From positions 1-64,000 of the forward strand of contig MEDY01000102.1 of assembly GCA_001724265.1 (NCBI GenBank): a stretch of 64,000 nt of DNA. The letters run 5' to 3'. Source of the stretch: Rhizaria sp. SCN 62-66. Its lineage: Eukaryota. Made by a program: the position numbers and the translations under genes. The notes under the pieces were generated by a model that worked only from the letters and a program-made list of their open reading frames with translations, had not been told where the DNA came from and searched no databases. This document shows positions 33,588-43,361 of this stretch, one piece after another; positions within the stretch are counted from its first letter, which is position 1; the number at the start of each line of letters is the position of its first letter.

Positions 33588-35846
33588 ATGCTGTCCAAGG
33601 CCCGGCTCTTCGGCAGTGCGCTTGCGCGTCATCCTGCGCCTACCACTGCGCGTCGCGGGATGGCTACCGCCATAATGAACGTCTTTAATCAAGGTACGCG
33701 TCCTCTCTACACTCGCTCTTGCATCTGCGTTCGTCCCAATAACCACTTCCCCACACGCATCATCACTCACACTCACGGTCTCTCTCACGCCACTGCACCG
33801 TCCCGCTGCCACGACAGACGTTAAGACGATCCAGCGCGAGCGCGCCGCGCTTAAGGCCACGGGCGACGACTTTGGCTACATGCGCGACGAAATCTCCCGC
33901 CGCCTCCTTGATCGCCTCGCGTACGTCACACTCCTCAATATAGTATCAAAATGCAATATCTTGCAAGACAATATCATCGTACATGTATCGTGTGTCTATG
34001 TGTATTGCAATTACCTGTTTCAGATTACGCGCCTATGTTGCTATTTATGTTCATCTGCAACTCTCTGCACTCATTCCCCCTAAATCTTTTTTTTTTCTCA
34101 CAACTGTTGATGTTGTTCCCCCGTGTTAGCTTCGTGACCAAGACGTACCCTGTTGTGGTCGACCTTGGCTGCGGCAACGGCAACCTGGGCCGCCTCATCG
34201 CCTCGCGTGCGCTCGCCCGCGCCCAGCGTCCCCCGGCCAACGCAGCCGCCGAGGCCGCGCTGCTGGCCAAGCTCAAGTCTGACCCTAACAACCCGTCGGC
34301 GACGGAGTTCGAGCCCACGCCCGAGGAGACGCAGGAGTATCTGCGCATCTTCTCCGAGTTCTCGCTGCCCGGCGTGCGCGAATTCGTCCAGGTCGACTGC
34401 GCGCCCACGCACGTCGCCACAGCGCACTCCGCCGTCGCAGACACCATGGCCAGGCTCGCGGAGGTCCCCGGCGCCGTCGTGCCGCCTCCCGCCGCGCCCG
34501 CCGCCAAGGCGTCCTCTCTGTTCGGCTCGCTCTTCGGCGGCGGCAAGGACGCTGCTGCTGCTGCGGACGCAAGCGGCGTCCCCACGCTCGAGAGCTCGGC
34601 GCTGGCGCCCGCGCTGCTGACCCCTGGGGTGCCGCTTCGCGCCGCGGCCTCGAACGTGGCACAGGTCGTCTCGGCAACGGCGCCGGACGCCATCGGCGGC
34701 GCCGCCAACGCCAGTGCCGCGGCGGTTGTGGGCGACGGCGACAAGGTTTTTAACGTGTACTCGGCGACTGCGCCGCTGGGCACGATCCCCATCAAGCCTA
34801 ACAGCGCGAACCTCATCACGTCGGTGCTGGCCATGCACTGGATCAACGACCTTCCCGGGTACTTCAAGCAGGTTATCGACGCGCTCGCGCCCGACGGCGT
34901 CTTTATTGGCGCGCTTTACGGCGGCGAGTCGCTGCGCGAGCTCCGCTCGTCGTTCGCCATCGCTGACCTCGAGCGCATTGGAGGGTACGCAACACAAAAT
35001 ACGATATATAGCAACAAATCGATCGTTGAATTCACATATGCGTGAAATTTGATTAAGATTTATTATTGAACCATGTCTTCGTTGTTGCTTTTCGTTCTGT
35101 CTCACCGTGTTCACGTGTTCTTTGTTGTTGGTTTTTGCTTTGTTGTGTCCAGCGTGATGCCGCACATGTCCCCGCTGACGCGCAGCAACGACGTGGGCGA
35201 CATGATGAAGGCCGCGGGCTTCAACCTGCTCACCGTCGACCTGGACTCACTGCAGGTGCACTACCCAGACATGTTCACGCTCATCGAGCACCTCCACGGC
35301 ATGGGCGAGCAGCACGCGCCGCAGACGGGCATGGGCGGCGGCGCCGTCAGTCGCGACGTCTTTCTCGCTGCGAACGCGGCGTATGATCACCTGTACCGCG
35401 ACCCCGCCAACGGGCTGTGTCTCGCAACCGTCGACGTTGTCATGATGGTACGTCTCGTATTCTCTCCTTGCTCGAGACTGTGTGTTTTATTTTCCAATTC
35501 ACAGTCTTTATGTTTTTTTGCTTTTTGTTAACGACTTTCAAATGACTTGGTTCGCTCGAGTTACCGCACCCAGGACAGTTACGAGTCGGATATTCTCTTA
35601 ATTCTCAATTCACAATCCTAATTTTGCTATAACAACACAATTTTTCAATAATCTATCTTAATTTTCATCTCTATCATGCTTATTTTGTGTTTACCCGTTG
35701 CCATACAGATTGGCTGGAAGCCCCACGCGTCGCAGCCGAAGCCCAAGGCGCGCGGCAGTGCCCAGTACAAACTTGGCGAGGACGCCCCGATGACCGGCCC
35801 TACTAAGGCTGAGCTCAAAACCACGAGTGTCAAGCCCAGCGAGTGA
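33588..35846 (+). CDS. NDUFAF5: Mitochondrial complex I assembly factor NDUFAF5 (exons 33588-33693, 33818-33920, 34130-34984, 35153-35447, 35709-35846)
   Basis: Transit peptide, NVFNQ.VK.IQRERA, Y.RDEI..RL.DRL, VDLGCGNG, MHWINDLPG, L.ELRSS...A..ER.GG..PH.SP, L.GMGE and IGWKPH.SQPKP.ARGS. Stop is TGA. Confidence 0.93.
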
Positions 35847-36347
35847 GTGTGTGAGAGGGATTTGCTGCTTACTGCAACGCTTAACACGGAGCGGAGCCAA
35901 CGCGAAACGGACTATTGCGCTTTTTTGCGATGGATTCAGCTTACGTGAAGTGAGTTGCGTTAACTTATTATAGTTGTGTGAAATGAGGTGTTGTGTGTTG
36001 AGCGTAACAAATGTGATATGTGATTGTTATGTTAACACGCCGCAGCAATGAAGGCCAAATCCTGTTTGTTCTCGTCGGCACTGTTAAACATAACGATGTG
36101 AGTCAGTAATATTATTATGTATAGCGAATCGAAGCTAATATCTTAGCCCAATTCAATAAAGAATATAAGATACATTATACTTTTCACGATGTGATGTTTA
36201 GTTACAGTACTCGATTTTCGACCCAAATCAGGCTCCTCCACTCCACTATCGACAGACATTATGGGCCATCCTTGGTCAACAACAATAAGAGAGCGTAACT
36301 GCGCTTGTACGTAGTCACTTCACTGATTTACACTGCTGGACACCACT

Positions 36348-39300
36348 TCAACCCTGCAGCACGTAGTCACGCGGCTTAATTTCTGCGCCCTCGAGCCACT
36401 GCGCGGACTCGAAATAGGAGCCCGTGAGGTTGCGGAAGCGCAGAATAGTCGCCACGAGCGCGCGCTGCATGCGCATCTGTCGCGCGCGCGCCGACGCGGC
36501 CACCGCGTTGCCGGCGCCGCCCGCTGTGGGGCTCTGCAGCTGCTGCGCGAGTCCCTCAGCGCCCTCGGACGCCGCGCCCGGGAGGATACCCGCGGCGACG
36601 GCGTCGGCGGCGGCGCCGTCCTCGTCGTCCTGGCGGTTGAGCAGGCCCTGGCCCGTGGTGCCGGCGAAGTCGTCCGCCACGGGCTTGCGCAGCAGCTCGT
36701 CCTGGAACGGCTTGTAGAGGCGCAGGTCGGGCAGCGACGGGTATGCCGCATCGAAGGCCTTCATCTGCGCCAAGCGCTCTTGCGGCACTGTGTCGGGGCC
36801 GGAGAGCTTGGCCAGCAGCTTCTTGCGGTGCTCGCGGCGCACCTGGTTCTCGCGCACGAGCTGCAGCAGCGTCTTGCCGCTGTTGGGGTCGGACCCAAGC
36901 TCGGCGATGTGACGCACGACGACGTCAATGAGGATCGGCAGTGCGACGGCGACGGCGATAGCGAACCAAACGGGACCCGACTGGAAGAGGCGGAAGATGA
37001 CGCCGTAGAGCGTGGCGTTGAAGTCAGGGAACACCGAAAGCATGATGGCGACGAGGACAAGCGTGACGATTGAGAAGACTATCGACAGCGCGTGTAGCAG
37101 AGTCACACTCGACATGTCCAGCACGATCAAGAACGTCGCCAAGAATACGATCGAGATGTACACGGCGGCAGCGACGGTGTAGAGCCCGTGGTCGCGGCCG
37201 TCCTTGTTGGCGACGTTGTCCACGGAGAGAGACACAAACGCCACAAAGAAGACCATCGCGGCGTGGCCAAACGCGCGGACGACCCAGATCACGTACTTGC
37301 GGCGAGAAAACAGCGGTTGCATGCGGAGCGAGCGGTACACCTCGGGGTTGTTCTCAAGCGTCTCGCGGTCCACCACGCGGTCCAACACGGCCAGGCACAT
37401 GATCGGCGCGGCCGTGAAGAGCACGTTGAAGAACTGGTACAGCGGCTCGTTGAACAGCTGCTGGCCAGAGAAGCCGGAGAAGAAGCCGAAGTAGTACATC
37501 GTAAGCGCGACGAGCGCGGCCTTGTAGAAGACGTAGTAGATGAGGAACGACACACGCGCGTAGCACCACGCGCCGTGCACGAGCAGCAGCGTGTGCAGGT
37601 GCGAGAACTGCGCGATCGCGTAGTCGGCCGCCTTGACCGCGGCCGCGCCTTCGACGCCAGACACGCCGACGCCGACGTGCGCGGCCTTGATCATGAGCTC
37701 ATCGTTCGCACCGTCGCCGATCGCGAGAGTCACGGAGCCCTCGAACTCGCCCACACGCTTGCGCGCGGCCTCGATCTCGCGCTCCTGCGCCTCGACCAGC
37801 TGCGCCTCGAGCGCCGCCAGCTCAGCGTCGGTCACGCCGCCAGGCACGGCATCACTGACACTCCCGTTCCCGTTGCCATTGCCGTTGCCGCCGCCCGCGT
37901 CGTGCGCGGTGGCGTTGGCGGCGCGGCGCGCGGCGCGGGCGGCCTTGATGCGGCGCACGCGCGTCTCGAGCGAGACGGCGTCCTGCGCGGTGTGGTGCCA
38001 CACCTGCGGGTGCTGCATCGTCACCTTGCAGCGCTCCGAGAGCTCGCGCACCATGCGCTCCTTCATCGGCGGCTCCGCGCCCGCGAAGACGACCGACTTA
38101 CACGCCGACGCAAGCTTAAAGAAGTGGTACTGGAGCGCCGTGCGCTGCGCCTTAGAGACGGACAGATCGAGCGTCGCGCGCGGCGGCGCCGACAGCGACG
38201 GCGCGGGCGACGACAGCGACGGCGAGCCCATCGCGGGCGACGGGAGCGCAGGGGAGCCCAGCGACGGCGGCGCGGCCGGGGACGCGAGCGGGCCCGCAAT
38301 GGTGGAACCCGGCGTGCTGTAGGCGCCGCCCACGGCGGGAGACGCCGCGGAGGCCGCGGCGGCGGCGGCGACGCGGTCTGCGCGCGCCATGAGCCGCACG
38401 GGCGGGCAGATGACGGCGAAGGCTTCGCGCGTGACAACGAGTGACACAGGGAGCCCGCGCGCGCGCATGAGCTCGGCCGTGCGCAGCGACTGCATGATGT
38501 CGATGGCGACGGCCTCGAACTGCGAGACCTGGACCTGCTTCATGAAGGCCTGGAACTCGCTGAGCGTGAGCCGCCCGTCGTGGTCACCGTCGTACATATC
38601 GAACAGCAAACGCATCGAGTGCGCCGCGGGGTGCTCCGTCGGCAGCGTCGCCGGGCCCGCGCCGGCGCCAGACACGCCGCTGTTGCCGTGGGCCGCCGCG
38701 GAGCTGGTGTTGTCGTCGGAGATAACGCCCAGGCCGGAAAGCATGACGATGAGCGCGTCGAACGACAGCGTCACCACGTTGGCGGGCCCCGCGGTCGGGC
38801 TGCCAAGTCCGCCGCTGCTGCTATTGTTGCCGTTACTCGCGTTCGTGTTGTTAAAGCGCGTGGTGAAGTAACTGAAGAGCTCGTTGAGCACGGCGTCGTC
38901 GCCGGCCAGCCGCGCCCACTCGCCGGACACTTCCAGTACGCGGTTCTCTTTGTACGCCGCCTCGACAAGCTCCAGCGAGTCGCCCCCAGCGCGACCCCCA
39001 CCGGCCGCGGTGCCGGCGCCGTTGCTGGCGCCGGCGACTGCGGTGATGTCGGGCATCATGTCTGGGTCGATGAGGCAGCACGCCATGGCGATGTTCTTGG
39101 CCGTGTCCTTCTTGTCGCCCGTCAGCATCCACACCTTGATGCCCGCGCGCAGAAAGTCCGAGATGGCCTCTGGCGCGAGGTCCTGCAGCTCATCCTCCAG
39201 GCCCGACGCGCCCAGCAGACACAGCCCGGCAGAGCGCTCGATGTCCGTCTTGAGCTCGTCGAGCGCATCCTTGGCCTTCTTCTCGCTCTCGGCGTCGTTG

Positions 39301-42300
39301 GACCGGCGCGCCGCGTTGTCGAGCGCCGTGTACCGCGCCTCCCACTGCGCCCACCACGCCTTGGTCTGGCGCGCCTCGGCGACAAGCATGGAGCGCAGCC
39401 CGGCCTTGCACATGCGCTGCATCGACGACTGCAGCGTCGACCAGCTCTGCGCCGGGTTCACCAGCAGCGGCTCGATCACGGTGTCCTGGCCCTTGCACAT
39501 CACGTACACTTCGCCCTCGGGCGATGCCGGCCGGAACGTGCCCGCGCCGGGGGTCTCGAGCACGCGCTCGTACACAACTGTCACGCGGCGCCGTGCCGAC
39601 GTGAAGTGGAACGTCGCCAGCTTGCGGTACACCTCGACCTCAACGGCGTCGCCGCCGGCAGCAATCGCGTCACCTGCGGCAGCCGCGGCAGCGCCGGCAA
39701 AAACGGAGCGCGCGGGCGCGGGCGAGAGCGACGACGACGACGCGGCGGCGGCCTCGGCGGCGGCGGAAAGCGTGCGCACGCCGTCCTGCTCCGCCGGCGC
39801 CGCGAGCGCGAGCGCGGGGGCGGCGGCGGCGGCGCGGGGCGAGGCGGCGCCAGACGCGGCAGCGGCGGCCGAGTTGGGGTCGATATGCAGGTAGTAGATG
39901 GACAGGTCCGAGGGGCTACGTTCCTTGAGCGTAAAGCCGACGGAGCGCGCGAACATAGCCAGCGCGAGCTCGTCGGCCGACTCGGACGCGTACTTGAGCT
40001 CGCCGTGTTTGTCAATAAACGGGGTCAGCGTGTTAGACAGCGCGCAGTTGACCAAGTACCGCCGCAGCAGCATGCGCTGCCGTGCGTCGACTTCCTCGGG
40101 CGCTGGCGGCGCGTTCAGCACTCGCATGTGCGGCTGCAACTGCAGCGAGCTGCGGCGGCCGCGCGCCGCACGGCGGCGCTCCCGGCGCTCGGCGCGCGCG
40201 GCCTCGGCCTCGCTGCCGCTGAGCCCCGACGCGGACGCAGAAGCGGACGCAGACGCAGACGCGGAGCCGGAGCCCGCGCCCTCGGCGTCGGAGCCCAGCC
40301 CGGAGACCGTGGGCGCGGCCCCTACGGCGCCGGCAACAGCGCCGGGCGCGGGTTCGTTGCGGCCCCAGAGCACGTTGCGCAGCGCCGTCGAGTGCAAGAA
40401 CGACTCTGCGCCGGTCGACTGGTTCTCCTGCACGTGCGCCGCCAGCTCGGTCCAGTACGGCGCCGGGCGCGGCTTGACGGGCCGGCCCTGGCGGCGCGCC
40501 TCGCGCTCGTCCTGGAAGTCGAGCTCGCGGGCCGCGGCGCGCTTGGACATCTCCGTCTCCATCTTGCCGAAGGACATCACTGACGCCCACTCGGCAACGT
40601 CCGCCGGCACCGCACCTGCGGTGGCTGCGCCGGGGGCCGCGAGGGACAGAGAGCGCAGCGACGCGCTGGCGTTGGGGTTGGCCGACTCCGGCGCGGCGCC
40701 GGCGGCAAAGAGCGTGCGGCGCATCGACTCGGGCATGTGGCGCGGGTGGGTCGAGCACGACGGCTCGGTGCGCGCGGACGGCACGTCGAGCACGAGCGCG
40801 TAGCGGAACTCCATCTTGTTCTTGGTAAGCGTGCCGGTCTTATCGGTGAAGACGTACTCGATCTGGCCCAGGTCCTCGTGGATCGTCGACTTGTTGCAGC
40901 GCACGTGCTCGTCCTTCTCTGGGGAGTACATCGCGTGGTCCGACTCGATGAGGTAAGAGAGGAACATCTTGACGAGCTCGGACGTGACGAGCAGCGAAAT
41001 GGGCACCATCTGCGACAGAATAATGAAGAACGAAAAGAAAGACAAGATACCCGTCACCGCCGGCGCCGAAGCGAAGCGGATGTACCAGATGTGGCTGTGG
41101 TAGTGGTGCCAGATGCCCGCAAAGAGCCCCGCAACGAAGCACAGCGTCGTCTGCAGCAGCAGCATGTACAGCAGGAAGCGGTCTACAAGCTTGAAGATGG
41201 CCGTGCGCTTCAGATCGGGCTTCTGGTACCATTTGCGCGTGAGGCGCGACATGACGACATTTTGCCGGATCTTGGTGTCGGTGCCAGTGTAGACGACAAG
41301 GCCGAACGCCCAGTCCGTGTTGCGCAGCGTCGTTTCGCGCAGCAGCAGCACTTTGTGGTCCAGCTGCGCCACCACGGGGCCCGCGTTGCCGGCGCCGCTG
41401 GCGCCGCTGCCGGCGCCGACCGCGGGCGGCAGCGAGAAGCGCGCGTCGCCACCGTTCGCAACAGCACCGCCAGCGCCAGCCGCTGCGCCAGCGGCAGAGC
41501 CGGCGGTGCTGCTGCTGTTGGGCTGGTTGCGAAAGTCGGCGCGCCAGAACTCGTCGTCGCCGCGGCGCGCGTCCTGGACGTTGTAGAGCTCGAGTTGGCC
41601 CGAGAAGCGGTCGAGCACGCCGTCGGGCGGGTCGGACACAAGGCGGCAATTGAGCCGCTGCAGCGTCTTGGGATGGTTGAACAAATCATACGTCTCGCGC
41701 ACAGCGAGCATGATCTCCAGCGACGTCTCGCCGTTGAGCGACTTCTTGTCGATGAACGCCTGGCCGTTGCGCGCGTCCGAGGACGACAGAAGGATCATGT
41801 CGGCAGGCACAGCCTCGTCTTGGCGCACCATCACGAGGTCGCCGACAGCGATGTCGCCGGACCGCTTGAGCTCGAAGTTGCGTTTGTCGGCGTTGTAGAC
41901 CATATAGGGCGTCGAGCTCGTCTTGTCGTCGGCGCGGTGCCGCGCGATGTCCTCGACGGCAGCGCGAACGGCCGACACAAACACGATGAAGGCGAGCGGC
42001 ATGTAGATGGTCGGGTAGCCCTGCGTGGTGGAGATCTGTGGGATAATCTGGAGCAGACCGATGAAGAGGAAATACAGGTTCGCAAGCTCGGAAAACTGTT
42101 CGAAGAGGTTCTTGGGCAGGAACGACCAGGCCGTGTAGCGAGAGGTGACGACGATGTTGTTGCAGAACAGGTCCGAGAGCTCAGCGGGCACGGCGCCGTT
42201 GCGGACAATAACTTCGCGCGCGTTGGGGTCGGCCTCGGCGTCAGCGTCGTCGTCGTCGCTGCTCGCCGCAGCCTCGCGCCGCCGCCGGCCGCCACCAGGG

Positions 42301-42596
42301 GTGCGCGGCGACGCGGGCCCGCCTGGCGAGTCCAGCACTGTGACTGTGGGAGCGGGCAGCGGCGAGAAAGCCGCGGTGTGGCCGTCCTCGTAGTCGCCGT
42401 CGTCGTCCGTGGTAATGCCGGAGAGCAGCGCGGCGTCGTGCGAGTCCAGGTCGTGTGCGACGGTGCTGGTGGGGAGCTCCGGGACCGGGGTGGCGGGCGC
42501 ATCCGGTGCAGTGCCGCCGCCCAGCGAGAGCGCGGGCAGGCCCGGGCCGGGGGAGCCGTCTTCCGTGCGCTTCGGGTCGGAAGCGTCGTCGGACAT
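36348..42596 (-). CDS. P4-type phospholipid-transporting ATPase (flippase), about 2082 aa, with an EF-hand insertion
   Basis: FCNN.V.TSRYT..SFLPKNLFEQF, LNGET, PISL (TM4), DKTGTLT, FTSARRR, GLEDELQ, WMLTGDK, AIGDGAND, LLLVHG.W.Y.R and C-terminal TM helices. Stop is TGA. Confidence 0.93.
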   Translation of the reverse strand: MSDDASDPKRTEDGSPGPGLPALSLGGGTAPDAPATPVPELPTSTVAHDLDSHDAALLSGITTDDDGDYEDGHTAAFSPLPAPTVTVLDSPGGPASPRTPGGGRRRREAAASSDDDDADAEADPNAREVIVRNGAVPAELSDLFCNNIVVTSRYTAWSFLPKNLFEQFSELANLYFLFIGLLQIIPQISTTQGYPTIYMPLAFIVFVSAVRAAVEDIARHRADDKTSSTPYMVYNADKRNFELKRSGDIAVGDLVMVRQDEAVPADMILLSSSDARNGQAFIDKKSLNGETSLEIMLAVRETYDLFNHPKTLQRLNCRLVSDPPDGVLDRFSGQLELYNVQDARRGDDEFWRADFRNQPNSSSTAGSAAGAAAGAGGAVANGGDARFSLPPAVGAGSGASGAGNAGPVVAQLDHKVLLLRETTLRNTDWAFGLVVYTGTDTKIRQNVVMSRLTRKWYQKPDLKRTAIFKLVDRFLLYMLLLQTTLCFVAGLFAGIWHHYHSHIWYIRFASAPAVTGILSFFSFFIILSQMVPISLLVTSELVKMFLSYLIESDHAMYSPEKDEHVRCNKSTIHEDLGQIEYVFTDKTGTLTKNKMEFRYALVLDVPSARTEPSCSTHPRHMPESMRRTLFAAGAAPESANPNASASLRSLSLAAPGAATAGAVPADVAEWASVMSFGKMETEMSKRAAARELDFQDEREARRQGRPVKPRPAPYWTELAAHVQENQSTGAESFLHSTALRNVLWGRNEPAPGAVAGAVGAAPTVSGLGSDAEGAGSGSASASASASASASGLSGSEAEAARAERRERRRAARGRRSSLQLQPHMRVLNAPPAPEEVDARQRMLLRRYLVNCALSNTLTPFIDKHGELKYASESADELALAMFARSVGFTLKERSPSDLSIYYLHIDPNSAAAAASGAASPRAAAAAPALALAAPAEQDGVRTLSAAAEAAAASSSSLSPAPARSVFAGAAAAAAGDAIAAGGDAVEVEVYRKLATFHFTSARRRVTVVYERVLETPGAGTFRPASPEGEVYVMCKGQDTVIEPLLVNPAQSWSTLQSSMQRMCKAGLRSMLVAEARQTKAWWAQWEARYTALDNAARRSNDAESEKKAKDALDELKTDIERSAGLCLLGASGLEDELQDLAPEAISDFLRAGIKVWMLTGDKKDTAKNIAMACCLIDPDMMPDITAVAGASNGAGTAAGGGRAGGDSLELVEAAYKENRVLEVSGEWARLAGDDAVLNELFSYFTTRFNNTNASNGNNSSSGGLGSPTAGPANVVTLSFDALIVMLSGLGVISDDNTSSAAAHGNSGVSGAGAGPATLPTEHPAAHSMRLLFDMYDGDHDGRLTLSEFQAFMKQVQVSQFEAVAIDIMQSLRTAELMRARGLPVSLVVTREAFAVICPPVRLMARADRVAAAAAASAASPAVGGAYSTPGSTIAGPLASPAAPPSLGSPALPSPAMGSPSLSSPAPSLSAPPRATLDLSVSKAQRTALQYHFFKLASACKSVVFAGAEPPMKERMVRELSERCKVTMQHPQVWHHTAQDAVSLETRVRRIKAARAARRAANATAHDAGGGNGNGNGNGSVSDAVPGGVTDAELAALEAQLVEAQEREIEAARKRVGEFEGSVTLAIGDGANDELMIKAAHVGVGVSGVEGAAAVKAADYAIAQFSHLHTLLLVHGAWCYARVSFLIYYVFYKAALVALTMYYFGFFSGFSGQQLFNEPLYQFFNVLFTAAPIMCLAVLDRVVDRETLENNPEVYRSLRMQPLFSRRKYVIWVVRAFGHAAMVFFVAFVSLSVDNVANKDGRDHGLYTVAAAVYISIVFLATFLIVLDMSSVTLLHALSIVFSIVTLVLVAIMLSVFPDFNATLYGVIFRLFQSGPVWFAIAVAVALPILIDVVVRHIAELGSDPNSGKTLLQLVRENQVRREHRKKLLAKLSGPDTVPQERLAQMKAFDAAYPSLPDLRLYKPFQDELLRKPVADDFAGTTGQGLLNRQDDEDGAAADAVAAGILPGAASEGAEGLAQQLQSPTAGGAGNAVAASARARQMRMQRALVATILRFRNLTGSYFESAQWLEGAEIKPRDYVLQG

Positions 42597-43361
42597 GCAC
42601 TGCGCAGTGTTTAAAAGCAAAGGAGTAGGAGGCGAGCGGGGCAGAGTGTGAGTGGAGAGGGAATATCTTGGAAAACGAAAATGGGAGCGAAGGAGGCTCA
42701 CGTTTAGCCAGTACTTCAGCAACAGTCCTCAGAGCAACGGGGAAAGCTCCAGTATCAGCCAAATATTGAGAAAGTATATGTCGCAACATATTAATGCTAT
42801 TCATCGATCCTGTGTTGTCACTGTCGGTCGAATGGAGGCAGGGTAGTTCGCAAAGAGAAATTCATCAGCAACGACTGTGGGCTCGCCCACCACAAGAACA
42901 GACAAGCCGCTCGGACAGTGTCTAGAACGCGTCTGACTGGTCTCCCACTTACGCATATGACATTATTTCATCACTTTCTAGGGATTAGCGCTCCTATTTG
43001 ACTTGTCTTTTCAATCGCGTCTGTAGGCATCTGGTTTATTGGCGAACGCAGACCTCTTTTCTGTAGCTCGCCTCCCTCACCAACTCTCCCTCCCCGTCCT
43101 CTCTTCAGGCTTCTGTTTACCGCACTTCCAACGTTGTTTATGCTATATATCCAACTTTCTGCTTACAACACCGTTATTTATCACTGTTGGTATGTCTTTT
43201 TGCTCATTGAAGCAGGTCTTACCGCTCTCGTCGACCCTCCCTCTCCACTCGCGCGCCTCCACTGTAGTCAGCCCGCTTTCCCAGCGAGTTTAGCACGCGC
43301 CCTCCCGCCCGCATCGCCTCCATCCCGGCGTCCGCGCGCTTTCTACGCGTCTCCCGTTTTT

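Noticed and set aside
43134-43361. N-terminal extensions in the ORF track (also 27801-28022, 42597-42722, 11492-11587, 51702-51860, 55192-55263)
   Set aside because: They start at non-ATG codons and run through pyrimidine-rich, acceptor-like non-coding sequence.
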